From NCBI GenBank assembly GCA_041686745.1, contig JAWLDH010000010.1:94239-126238 (forward strand): 32,000 nucleotides of DNA, given 5' to 3'. Origin of the DNA: Rhodospirillaceae bacterium (GTDB taxonomy: Bacteria; Pseudomonadota; Alphaproteobacteria; Rhodospirillales; Rhodospirillaceae). Position numbers and translations under genes: made by a program. Every line of letters starts with the position of its first letter. Positions within the stretch are counted from its first letter, which is position 1. Under the pieces are notes generated by a model that made no database searches, was not told the origin of the DNA, and worked only from the letters and a program-made list of their open reading frames with translations. This document shows positions 20,784-29,319 of this stretch, piece after piece.

Positions 20784-22367
20784 TTACGTGTCCGACAGAA
20801 TTGCGATGCGGCAGTCGTATGCCTTTAGTTTTCCGTCGTTATTGATGTAAGTGATGGCGTAGGCGTGTTGCAAAGCATGGATTGCAGCAGCCACGCTAAA
20901 GGATTTTTGACCCGCCGTGATGTCCACGGCAATCTGAGTGTCCTTGACCTTCGCCGCGCGGAGCGCAGACAGCGCGGTGCGCATTTTTGTTTCTACCGCT
21001 TTTACATTCTCATAGTCCACGGCATCGACATCAATGATCGAGGCATCATCTTTAGGTGGGCCGACGGGTGGAACGGTAGCGATATCGACAATGCAGTTCT
21101 TGATGAGTCCTTGAACCTGGATCGTTCGCTCGCCGTCACCTATTAAAGGTCGTGTCAGGTGGAGGAGTTCAACGAATTTATCCATTTGCTTTGATGACTT
21201 GGTCGATGGAATCAGTATTATATTTTTTGTGGGTAAAATACGTATTGCGCGGAGTGTTTGGAACCAGTTCATTGATCTCAGGGCGACGGCACCAAGAAAT
21301 GACCTTGCTGATTTGCTTTTTTCAATAATTTTCAAGAAAATTATTTCATTTTTGTCGGTGGTATGGGATTTATCCGTAACCTTACCTTCCGTATATTTTT
21401 TAGCGAAGCTGTAAAATTTAAATTCTGTGTCGTTATCAAATAATTCTCTTACTAGGTCAAGTTCGTCTGTGTGCGCCATTTTTGGCTTATCAGTTTCAAA
21501 AAATATATCATTCAATTGTATGTATTCTTTTGTAATATTAAGTATATTATTCTTATTTGTTGAATCGACGTACTCTTTTATGAATGTCATAATCTTATTC
21601 CAATGTTCATCCTGCGTATTATTGTTGCGCAGGGAGATCTCAGGGTCCGCCGGTAGAATGTTGACCCGCGATAGCCCGCTGATGAGGTGGGTTCGCTCTG
21701 TCTTATCGGCCTCATCCACCTCATCCACTCGGACGTTGAAGAGCCCGCTCTTGAGTTTGTCCAGCAAGACCATACAGGCGAGAAGGCACACGCTGAGAAG
21801 GCCCGCCCAGACCCAGGATGGCCACGGCGGGTTTGCGAACTGCCACGCAATCGGGCTCCCCGGTTTCGTCGGTGCGGCTGAATTTTCTGATGCCGTCGTG
21901 GTGCCGCCTTTTGTGGGAGTGACGTCTTGCTCAGTCTCCGCCACCAAGCCTTCAGCCTTCCCATCGGTCACGGCGGCGTGAGCAGCAGCCTCGGTACCTA
22001 CAGCGACTGTTTTGGCATCGGGTTGCGTGGCAGGTGGTGACGCGGGAGGGGGCGATGCAGGAACCTCCTTCCGGATCAGGTCAACGGCGTCGGAGAAGTC
22101 ATCTGCAATGGTTTTGAAGGTCTCCGGCACCAGTCCAACGACTGCTGCGGCTATAAAGACGAAAAGCGGAAGTTTCATCTGTCGCCAAGACAAGGCGATA
22201 ATGACGGCGCTGGACGTTAGAGCCAGGGTGGCGAGAGCGTAGTGCCACGATGGCGAGAAAAAATGGGCAATCAGTGTAGCGGAAGCTACGAAGACGGCCC
22301 ATGGTCGCCAGTCTATAATCCACTTTTTTAATGCATATTTCTGCTTTTTCTGAGTTTTATTGCTCAT
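20784..22367 (-). CDS. four-TM membrane protein with C-terminal CARF-like domain (putative cyclic-oligoadenylate-responsive effector)
   Basis: I prefer the start at ATG 22367 (MSNKTQKKQK), which has a GGGGGAA RBS 1 nt after the csx16 stop. Hydrophobic helices are RPWAVFVASATLIAHFF, WHYALATLALTSSAVIIALSW, LPLFVFIAAAVVGLV and, after a ~100-aa Pro/Ala/Thr-rich stretch, WPSWVWAGLLSVCLLACMVLL. The C-terminal ~300 aa start with THLISGLS and contain IAVDITAGQKSFSVAAAIHA, which matches the CARF D-x-T-x-G-x-K hallmark. Confidence 0.65.
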   Translation of the reverse strand: MSNKTQKKQKYALKKWIIDWRPWAVFVASATLIAHFFSPSWHYALATLALTSSAVIIALSWRQMKLPLFVFIAAAVVGLVPETFKTIADDFSDAVDLIRKEVPASPPPASPPATQPDAKTVAVGTEAAAHAAVTDGKAEGLVAETEQDVTPTKGGTTTASENSAAPTKPGSPIAWQFANPPWPSWVWAGLLSVCLLACMVLLDKLKSGLFNVRVDEVDEADKTERTHLISGLSRVNILPADPEISLRNNNTQDEHWNKIMTFIKEYVDSTNKNNILNITKEYIQLNDIFFETDKPKMAHTDELDLVRELFDNDTEFKFYSFAKKYTEGKVTDKSHTTDKNEIIFLKIIEKSKSARSFLGAVALRSMNWFQTLRAIRILPTKNIILIPSTKSSKQMDKFVELLHLTRPLIGDGERTIQVQGLIKNCIVDIATVPPVGPPKDDASIIDVDAVDYENVKAVETKMRTALSALRAAKVKDTQIAVDITAGQKSFSVAAAIHALQHAYAITYINNDGKLKAYDCRIAILSDT

Positions 22368-22368
22368 G

Positions 22369-22692
22369 TTATTCCCCCAGTGTGTGACTGTCAGTGCCTG
22401 ATGCGGTCCAGGTGCGGACTTCGAATCGCTCAAGATGCGCCCCAAGTTGCACCAAGTCCGCTTCTGAAAGCGTCGTTCCACGCAGGTTCGGCGGGGTTTC
22501 AATCCTCAGATGCCAGTATTCGGCGCCCCGAGAACAGACCTCCGCCGCCAGGTGAACCGGCAGGGTCCCGATGACTTGGTCTCCTGGCCTCACCATGTTC
22601 ACATCAAGGTGTTCAACTATTTGATCTGGCTTGAGTTTCTTTATCATCCAGCTGATGGCGGCATCGTGGCGCGACACGAGAATGCAAGCCAT
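22369..22692 (-). CDS. csx16: CRISPR-associated protein Csx16 (VVA1548 family)
   Basis: ILVSRHDAAISWM...EHLDV..VRPGDQVIGTLPVHLAAEVCSRGAEYWHL....P..LRGTTLSEADL...GAHLERFEV follows the Csx16 pattern as I recall it (FVSRHPGAIEW...GD.V.GTLP..LAA.V...GA.Y..L...P...RG.ELT). An alternative upstream ATG lies at 22716. Confidence 0.7.
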   Translation of the reverse strand: MACILVSRHDAAISWMIKKLKPDQIVEHLDVNMVRPGDQVIGTLPVHLAAEVCSRGAEYWHLRIETPPNLRGTTLSEADLVQLGAHLERFEVRTWTASGTDSHTLGE

Positions 22693-22847
22693 GGTGTCAT
22701 TTCCGCTCACTGGCATCCAATTTTTAGCTGATAATTGAGCCGTCGGGTGGGCAAAAAATCAAGACAAAATAGAAGCGAATTTTTGATTGCTCTTCTGGAG
22801 GTTGAATCGCCATAATTTTCGCGGAGGCGGCAGGCGGGGGAAGTCGG
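22693..22847. promoter_or_regulatory. divergent control region between csx16/membrane-CARF and the cmr operon
   Basis: A 155-bp AT-richer intergenic region. On the plus strand, a possible TTGCTC (22787-22792), 18 nt, CATAAT (22811-16). I have not verified a minus-strand promoter. Confidence 0.3.
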
Positions 22848-24251
22848 TTGCGTAAAATCGAGGCGACGTTTGAGGTGCTTACGCCCCTCTTTACCGGGCG
22901 GGATCCGCATGCGGACAGCGGTGAGTTGAGGCCAGCCGCGGTGAAGGGGGTGCTCCGCTTCTGGTGGCGTGCTCTGGCATGGGGGATCTACGAGCCGTTG
23001 GCGCGCCGACGAGGCAATACTCCTCTTGCGCTCCTTCATGAGGCCGAAGCATGGCTTTTCGGGTCCGCCTCAAACGGCGTGTCACGAGTCCGCATCCGGG
23101 TGAACCTCGATGACCATGATCCAAGCGATCCACCGTTTCCGGATGGGGCGAAGCCCTATCCTTACCTCGGCTATGGACTCAACGCGGACAAGGGCACCAC
23201 GACGGACGTGCCCAAGCCGGCACGGGTCGCTTGTGCCGTAAGGGTTTTCGCAGTTCACTTGTTTTATGATGATCGGTTGCCACCGGAAAATCACCTATTT
23301 CGCGAGATAGCATTGGAAGCCCTGGAGTTGCTGCCGCAGGCCGTGAGGGCTCTGGGTCTTCTCGGTGGCGTGGGGGCGAGAACCCGACGGGGCTTCGGAA
23401 GTCTCTGCCTGACGTCGATGCGGATCAGTGAAGGGCGTCGCCAAAGCGGGAGCGATACTCCGGACGTCGAGGTCCAGACCCTGGATGAGTACGAGGCATC
23501 GTTGAAGGAGTTGCTGCGGCGTGCCTTCAAAGGCGAGGTGCCTGCGCCGCCGTATTCGGCGTTCTCGCCATCAGCCAGCGTGACCATTTGCATCGCCCAC
23601 GAAAGCGCTTCCATGGTGCTTCATGAGGCTGGCTTCGTGATGCAGCACTATCGGAGTTATGGCGGGCGTGGGCCGGGAAGTACCCCCCCGCATCGTTTGA
23701 TGATTCCCGAAGCGTTGCAGCACGAAAAAACCCGCCTGATCCCCGTTGGCGAAGGTGCAGGCGATGAAACCTGGGAAAGAAGTTTCGTCGATGACCATGA
23801 TGATTTCTACTTGGGAAAAAACACAAAGGTTCCTCGTCGTACCGCGTTCGGTTTGCCGCATAATTACGGAGCAAAGAAGTATGTGGCGGCTCGGATAGGT
23901 GGGGAATTGAAAGCCCGACGGGCCTCTCCTCTTCATTTTCATGTCCACAAACTGAAAACAAAGACAGATAAGCCGTACTACGTATTGGTGCTTACCGTGC
24001 TCATGCCGGCAGAAGACAGTTATCTGCCTCCTGGGGCAGAGTTGGTCTGGAGAAGCACTACCGCGAAAGCGCCCAATGGATGGGAAAAACTCCCTGGAGC
24101 TGTTGATCTTGGGGTCATTGAGCAGTTCGTCGCCCGCTTCAACCATGTCACTGAGGACGGATATTCCATCGCACGACTGGACGCAGGGATACCCATGCCG
24201 CAGGTCGAACGTCAGCTCGAACAGAGCCTCCCGCGCAAGGTGAACCCATGA
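22848..24251 (+). CDS. cmr1: type III-B RAMP protein Cmr1
   Basis: TTG start with a GGGGGAAG RBS. The N-terminus IEATFEVLTPLFTGRDPHADSGELRPAAVKGVLRFWWRAL is the canonical Cmr1 signature (LTPLF.GG...AELRP.SIKG.LRFWWRA). Confidence 0.85.
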   Translation: MRKIEATFEVLTPLFTGRDPHADSGELRPAAVKGVLRFWWRALAWGIYEPLARRRGNTPLALLHEAEAWLFGSASNGVSRVRIRVNLDDHDPSDPPFPDGAKPYPYLGYGLNADKGTTTDVPKPARVACAVRVFAVHLFYDDRLPPENHLFREIALEALELLPQAVRALGLLGGVGARTRRGFGSLCLTSMRISEGRRQSGSDTPDVEVQTLDEYEASLKELLRRAFKGEVPAPPYSAFSPSASVTICIAHESASMVLHEAGFVMQHYRSYGGRGPGSTPPHRLMIPEALQHEKTRLIPVGEGAGDETWERSFVDDHDDFYLGKNTKVPRRTAFGLPHNYGAKKYVAARIGGELKARRASPLHFHVHKLKTKTDKPYYVLVLTVLMPAEDSYLPPGAELVWRSTTAKAPNGWEKLPGAVDLGVIEQFVARFNHVTEDGYSIARLDAGIPMPQVERQLEQSLPRKVNP

Positions 24252-26533
24252 TGCGTCGCCTGCTCTTGAGTCTTAAGGCGTTCTTCCAAAGGTTCCGCCG
24301 GACGCAGAAGGTGCTTGCGCATGCTGTGTCAGCGCCGCATCAGGCGGCCGCGCCCATCGGGGTTTCCGAGAAATGGCAGCGATTTGAAATGTCGATTGGC
24401 CCCGTGCAAGCGTGGGTCGGGCAGGCTCGTCGCACGAGAGATCTTTGGGCAGGGTCCTATGTTCTGGCGTGGCTTAGTGCTCGGGCGGCAGCCGCGGCAC
24501 TGGTCCAAGATCGGGAGAGAAGCGAAAGCCTTTTGGAATGTAGTCCGCCCGGTGTGTCATTGAAGAGCATTGAGCAGAAGTCTACGGATGCCATTCTTTG
24601 GGGTGAAATTCAGCATCAACTTGGGAAAGAAAGGGGGCCGCTGCCCCTGGTGGCATCAATGCCAAATCATTTCCGGGTGTTGGTTCCGCCGGGAAGCAGC
24701 CTGGATGTGGAAAAGTGCGTCCAGGCAGCGTACAGCGGATGGTGGTCACTCTGTGATGCGGTCTATTTGTGTTTCGTGAAGCCTGTTGCGCAAACGCCGG
24801 AAGAACGTGCTCACTTGGACGCGCTATGGTATCGGCAGACGGGCAGTCTCCCAAACCTCAAGGCCAAGGACCGACGCCCGGTGTTTTGGGAAGTTCTTTG
24901 GACGGTTGATGAAGCGTCACGCCCTGGGGCGCTCTCTGATTCGGCCATGGATCGGCGCAAGATCTGGCGCGACCATGTGAATCCTGTGATGGCCGATGGA
25001 GAGGCGTCCTGTTCGCTGATGCCAAACTGGGCTGCGTTGTACCTTCCAAATCATAATCGCAATTCCAAGGATTTTTGGGAACGTTTGCAGGAAATGCTCT
25101 CGCTGGCTGTCTACGATAAACTGTCCAAGCCTACGCTTGATCTTCGACCCGGTGAGCGATTGTGTGCCATAGCTTTGGTGAAGCGCCTGTTTCCTGTCCT
25201 TCCGGCCATTGACCTTCAAAAGGTCTTTGGCTGTTTGCCCGAAGGGGTGAAGGTAAGCGGTAGTGCGGACGCGGACCGGCAATGTCGTGCCATTCTGGCG
25301 AATTGGCCCTCTACAGCCTACTTGGCTGCGGCACCCTGGATTAAATATGCCTGGGAGTTGGATAAAGGCGCGTGTATCACATTCCAAGAGGCACATTCTC
25401 CTAGTAAAAATATTAGCAAGCTAAAGTCAGAAGTCCCTTCGTTGCAGAAGGTCTTCGCGAGCGCGGAGATCAAAGGCAAGGGTTGGTCCAGCTTTGCGGG
25501 GCTGGACGGCGGTCTTTTTCAGCCCAGAAGTCTGGAGCGTGCATCCGCGGAAGAGGGCGCCAAGGAGGCGTTTCGCGTCCTTAGTGGCGCTATTGAGGGC
25601 AAGGGCGGCGTGAAGCGTCCAAGTACCTACTATGCCCTTCTGAAGATGGATGTAGACCAGGCTGGCAAAGCTCTCGGTACAGAAGGGCTGCGGGAATTTC
25701 TTCCGACCGTCTTGACGGAATTTTCCCGTGCGGCACCGGCCATTGTCGCACGTAACATGGGCGTGACGATTTATGCCGGCGGTGATGATCTACTGGCAAT
25801 AATGCCTGTTGACACCTCAATCACGGCGGCCGTTGAGCTTGAAGCGGTTTGGCGCACATTGTTCCATAGGTGCAGGGAGGAAAAAAAGCAGCTAGGACCA
25901 CAGAATCTTTGCACTGTTTCCGCAGGGTTGGTGTTTGCCGACTATCAAGTTCCCCTGTCGCGGGTCAGGGCTGAAGCTGACCGGGTGCTTGACGAGTTGG
26001 CAAAAGAATCCAACAACCGCAACAGCATCGCGATCAGCCTGCTGCGACGCGGGGGGCAAGGGGGGCAATGGGTGTCCGCTTGGCGCTCTGTTCCAGCGCG
26101 GTTGCCGGGTGTGCCGCATGTTCAGGAACCTCTCCTCCCAGTCATGACGTTGCTCGACCTCGCTCGATTATTTCAAAGCGATCCCGCGGCGACCAAACGC
26201 TTCTTTTACAAAGTGCGGGAGCGCCTTGGAATGTTGCTTCATGGCGAGCGGTGCTTGGTTGATCAAAAAACGCTGCATGCGCTTTTTGTGGCGGAGTTTA
26301 TTGAAGATAACCTTGATGGGGATCGAATTCAGGAAGTCGCCCGTCAAATGGCGGGCCTACTTTTTATTGCTCAACCGAACGCCCAGCCCCTGGCCGAAAG
26401 AAATTTTATTCCCGGCGATGCGCAGCAAGGGTCTGACAGGGTCAATATTGAAGTTTTTTGGATCGTTCGTTTTCTTGCAATGAACTTACTTCCTGTTTCC
26501 GGCGCTGTGAAAGCCGAAATGGAGAACGTATAA
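24248..26533 (+). CDS. cas10: Cas10/Cmr2, GGDD cyclase motif intact, no HD domain
   Basis: SIGPVQAWVGQARRTRDLWAGSYVLAWL (conserved Cmr2 block) begins at about residue 49, so there is no room for an N-terminal HD domain. The palm-domain motif is VTIYAGGDDLLAIMP. ATGA overlap with the cmr1 stop. 761 aa. Confidence 0.9.
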   Translation: MMRRLLLSLKAFFQRFRRTQKVLAHAVSAPHQAAAPIGVSEKWQRFEMSIGPVQAWVGQARRTRDLWAGSYVLAWLSARAAAAALVQDRERSESLLECSPPGVSLKSIEQKSTDAILWGEIQHQLGKERGPLPLVASMPNHFRVLVPPGSSLDVEKCVQAAYSGWWSLCDAVYLCFVKPVAQTPEERAHLDALWYRQTGSLPNLKAKDRRPVFWEVLWTVDEASRPGALSDSAMDRRKIWRDHVNPVMADGEASCSLMPNWAALYLPNHNRNSKDFWERLQEMLSLAVYDKLSKPTLDLRPGERLCAIALVKRLFPVLPAIDLQKVFGCLPEGVKVSGSADADRQCRAILANWPSTAYLAAAPWIKYAWELDKGACITFQEAHSPSKNISKLKSEVPSLQKVFASAEIKGKGWSSFAGLDGGLFQPRSLERASAEEGAKEAFRVLSGAIEGKGGVKRPSTYYALLKMDVDQAGKALGTEGLREFLPTVLTEFSRAAPAIVARNMGVTIYAGGDDLLAIMPVDTSITAAVELEAVWRTLFHRCREEKKQLGPQNLCTVSAGLVFADYQVPLSRVRAEADRVLDELAKESNNRNSIAISLLRRGGQGGQWVSAWRSVPARLPGVPHVQEPLLPVMTLLDLARLFQSDPAATKRFFYKVRERLGMLLHGERCLVDQKTLHALFVAEFIEDNLDGDRIQEVARQMAGLLFIAQPNAQPLAERNFIPGDAQQGSDRVNIEVFWIVRFLAMNLLPVSGAVKAEMENV

Positions 26534-26534
26534 C

Positions 26535-27833
26535 GTGCGACATCAGACTTTTCTTATTTTGCCTTGGGATACTGGGTCTTTCCGGGACGCCCGTCCGTTC
26601 TATCAGGATGACCAAGGAATGGCTGAAGCCTTCAGTCAGTTTCCTCCTTCACAGCGGACGGCTGTCGGTTCAATCCGAGCCGCGCTGGCCCGCGCGGCTG
26701 GATGGTCCGGGCGCGGCGGGTGGGGGGATTCCGTTAAGGCGCTTTTAGGTGATGGTGAAAATTTGGCCCCATTGAGCTTCTCAGCTCTCACCCTCGTCAG
26801 GAAGTCAGTATCGGAGGATGCGGGTGGCCGATGGGAGGCAATGGTGCCCATGCCTTTCAGCCTCGGCTATTCCGGTCACTCCTTGTCAGTTTTCGATAGG
26901 GCGATCTCCCAGCGGAGGTGTAGCGAAACGAAGCCCCAGTTTATTGAATGGCGCCCGATGGACCAAAGCGTCTCATGCGACAACCGAAATCCGATGGCCC
27001 CGTGGTCGCCACACAGTAAAAAGGATCTCGGGGAGCGGGTAAGCGCGTTGGAGGGGTATGTTGTTAGTGCCCACGCGTTGCGAGCGCGTTTTGCACCGAA
27101 CGGAGGAGAGCTCAATAAGGCGCTGGACTACAGCGATGTCGAACGGCTGGAAGCATCAGCCGCGCAGTTGGATGAAGGCAGGCCAGTGGAGTTCTCAGAG
27201 GAACAGGGATTTGACCAAGAGGTTTGGGGTGGCAGCACGCGCTTGCAAATCCTTAAGGGAATGGGAGCCTGTGCCGTTCGGGAAACTTCCATAGGCATAG
27301 GGAGGGATTCTTTGACGCGCAGGGTTGTGGATAAGCGGCTATACCAAAACTCGATGATTCGCCTTTTGCCAGATCATGGCTATGTCATTTCCGTAAGTAG
27401 CTCCAAGGACGATATGCCCGCGCTACAGGGGCCAGTGACGGTGCCTTTTGGCGGGGAAGGAAGGGCGGCGACCCTTGTCCGTCTGGAGGACGATGTTACG
27501 GATTTGAGGTGGAGCTTTAGGTGGCGGGAACGTGAAGGCAAGATCGCCTTATGTTTGATGAGCCCGGCGGCCTTTGATGAGGCTCCCCGCATCGGGGCCC
27601 CCTTATGGGAGAAGGGGCCGGCGGTGATCGGCGTGGCTGGGGGCCGCACTGCTCCGGTCGGGGGGTGGTCGGGGGAATCAGGAAAGGCCGGCTCTGTGGG
27701 TGGGGCCGCCTACTATCCTGCGGGCACGGTATGGTTTGTTGAGGGGCCTGTGGACGATGTACCTGGATCATTGGGGCGGAAAAAGGATTGGCCCTGGGGT
27801 TTTGGAAAATTCGTCGCCTGGCCTCTCGCCTGA
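26535..27833 (+). CDS. cmr3: type III-B RAMP protein Cmr3
   Basis: GTG start 1 nt after the cas10 stop. The N-terminus FLILPWDTGSFRDARPF....AEAFSQFPPSQRTAVGSIRAAL matches the Cmr3 pattern (P.D.L.FRDGRPF......FPP.P.T..GA.R). Confidence 0.85.
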   Translation: MRHQTFLILPWDTGSFRDARPFYQDDQGMAEAFSQFPPSQRTAVGSIRAALARAAGWSGRGGWGDSVKALLGDGENLAPLSFSALTLVRKSVSEDAGGRWEAMVPMPFSLGYSGHSLSVFDRAISQRRCSETKPQFIEWRPMDQSVSCDNRNPMAPWSPHSKKDLGERVSALEGYVVSAHALRARFAPNGGELNKALDYSDVERLEASAAQLDEGRPVEFSEEQGFDQEVWGGSTRLQILKGMGACAVRETSIGIGRDSLTRRVVDKRLYQNSMIRLLPDHGYVISVSSSKDDMPALQGPVTVPFGGEGRAATLVRLEDDVTDLRWSFRWREREGKIALCLMSPAAFDEAPRIGAPLWEKGPAVIGVAGGRTAPVGGWSGESGKAGSVGGAAYYPAGTVWFVEGPVDDVPGSLGRKKDWPWGFGKFVAWPLA

Positions 27834-27869
27834 AGCATGGCCGAGGGCGGGCACGGGGGGAGAGAAGAA

Positions 27870-28871
27870 ATGTTTATCGTGGGCATGATTGCAGAGACGT
27901 TTATTCATCCGGGAAGCGGCCAATCCCTTGGTGCCATTGATCTGCCAGTGGCAAGGGAACGGGCCAGCGGCCTGCCATACATCGCAGGGTCTTCGATGAA
28001 GGGGGCTTTTCGCCAAGTGCACGACGACAGGGCACAGAAGGAGACGGATAAAGAAAAGCGTGAGGGCCTTAAAAATAAAATCTATAAATACTTCGGCAAG
28101 GAACTGGGGAGTGAAGGGGCAGGCGCAGTCCTTTTTTCAGACGCCCGACTTTTGATTCTTCCGGTGCGGTCCTTGACCACACGGTTTGTTCTGTTGACCT
28201 GTCCAATGCTGTTGCGCCGCCTTGATCGTGACTTGGAGAGAATAGGCGACGCCGGCCTGGGGCCTGCGACTCTGTCAGTGGACGCTGAGGTCATGCTTGT
28301 TCACCCGGAAAGTCCACTGATTGAAACAGAGCACTACCTTGAAGACCGATCCTTCAAAGCCAAGCGGCTCAATGCTGAGACGATACAGGGCGTTGATTAC
28401 CTGCTTGGCAAGGTTGTCGGTGATGCGGCCAAGGAGATGCGGAAATTTGTCGGGATCGTATCGGATGACGATTTTCTCTGGTTCTGTTCGTTCGGGCTTC
28501 ATGTCCAGGCCAGAAATAATCTCGATAAGAGAAAGGTCAGTAAAAACCTGTGGTACGAAGAACTTCTGTCTCCGGATACCGTATTCTATACAATGCTCGG
28601 TGATCGCTTGGCTGATGGGGACTCATGTGCTGAGGACGTGTTAGCGGAATTGAAGTATCTTCAGGTTGGCGGCAACGAAACATTGGGCCAGGGGTGGTTC
28701 AGGTTATGTAAATCGTCTTCGGTGTCCAAGAAAACGCAGGTAGTCTCCACTGCTCGTGCGGTCACGGAACAGCAGCCCAATAAAGGAGGCGTTCCGGAGA
28801 GCGCCAGCCCAACGGTGGCGGCGAAGCCGAAAGTGGGCAGCGGTAAGAAGGGAGGGCGCCGTGGCCGTTGA
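27870..28871 (+). CDS. cmr4: type III-B backbone RAMP Cmr4 (target-RNA cleaving subunit)
   Basis: I prefer ATG 27870, which has a GGGGGAGAGAAG RBS, over 27837. TFIHPGSGQSLGAIDLPVARERASGLPYIAGSSMKGAFR includes the catalytic-loop Asp (IDLPV). The G-rich C-terminal motif is VGGNETLGQGWF. A basic low-complexity tail follows. Confidence 0.9.
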   Translation: MFIVGMIAETFIHPGSGQSLGAIDLPVARERASGLPYIAGSSMKGAFRQVHDDRAQKETDKEKREGLKNKIYKYFGKELGSEGAGAVLFSDARLLILPVRSLTTRFVLLTCPMLLRRLDRDLERIGDAGLGPATLSVDAEVMLVHPESPLIETEHYLEDRSFKAKRLNAETIQGVDYLLGKVVGDAAKEMRKFVGIVSDDDFLWFCSFGLHVQARNNLDKRKVSKNLWYEELLSPDTVFYTMLGDRLADGDSCAEDVLAELKYLQVGGNETLGQGWFRLCKSSSVSKKTQVVSTARAVTEQQPNKGGVPESASPTVAAKPKVGSGKKGGRRGR

Positions 28872-29319
28872 TAAACGCGTAGCACATGCCTTGAAATCGG
28901 TTGAGGCGTTTCTGGCCGGACTGGAGCCAAATCCGGAACGCATTGGGGATGCGGGAGAAACATCTGGAAGGCGAATCGCGGCCGCCCGAAAGTTCGATGC
29001 GTATGTAAAGGCTCTTCCAGCTATGATTGTCTGCAATGGCTTGGGGCAGGTCAGCGCGGTGCTTGCCAAGGATGCCGCTGCGTCAGACGAAGTCAAGGTG
29101 CTCCATGACTGTCTGAGGGATTGGCTGGATGGTATCTTCGGCGTGCAGGATAACTGCCTTGTTAGATGCGTTCAGGCGGTCAATCAGAAGGATTATGCCA
29201 TTGCGACCCACGAGGCTTTGCAGTGGGCTGGGTGGGTCAAGAAGTTCTCGGGCGCATTGGTTGCTCCCTTGATTCCGAAAGAGGAAGGAGGGCGTGGTGA
29301 CGCGGCCGATTTGGGATGA
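28861..29319 (+). CDS. cmr5: type III-B small subunit Cmr5
   Basis: GTG 28861 has an AAGGGAGGG RBS and overlaps the cmr4 end by 11 nt. YVKALPAMIVCNGLGQVSAVL matches the Cmr5 pattern (LP.LI..NGLGQ.LAFL). The protein is all-helical and 152 aa. Confidence 0.8.
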   Translation: MAVDKRVAHALKSVEAFLAGLEPNPERIGDAGETSGRRIAAARKFDAYVKALPAMIVCNGLGQVSAVLAKDAAASDEVKVLHDCLRDWLDGIFGVQDNCLVRCVQAVNQKDYAIATHEALQWAGWVKKFSGALVAPLIPKEEGGRGDAADLG

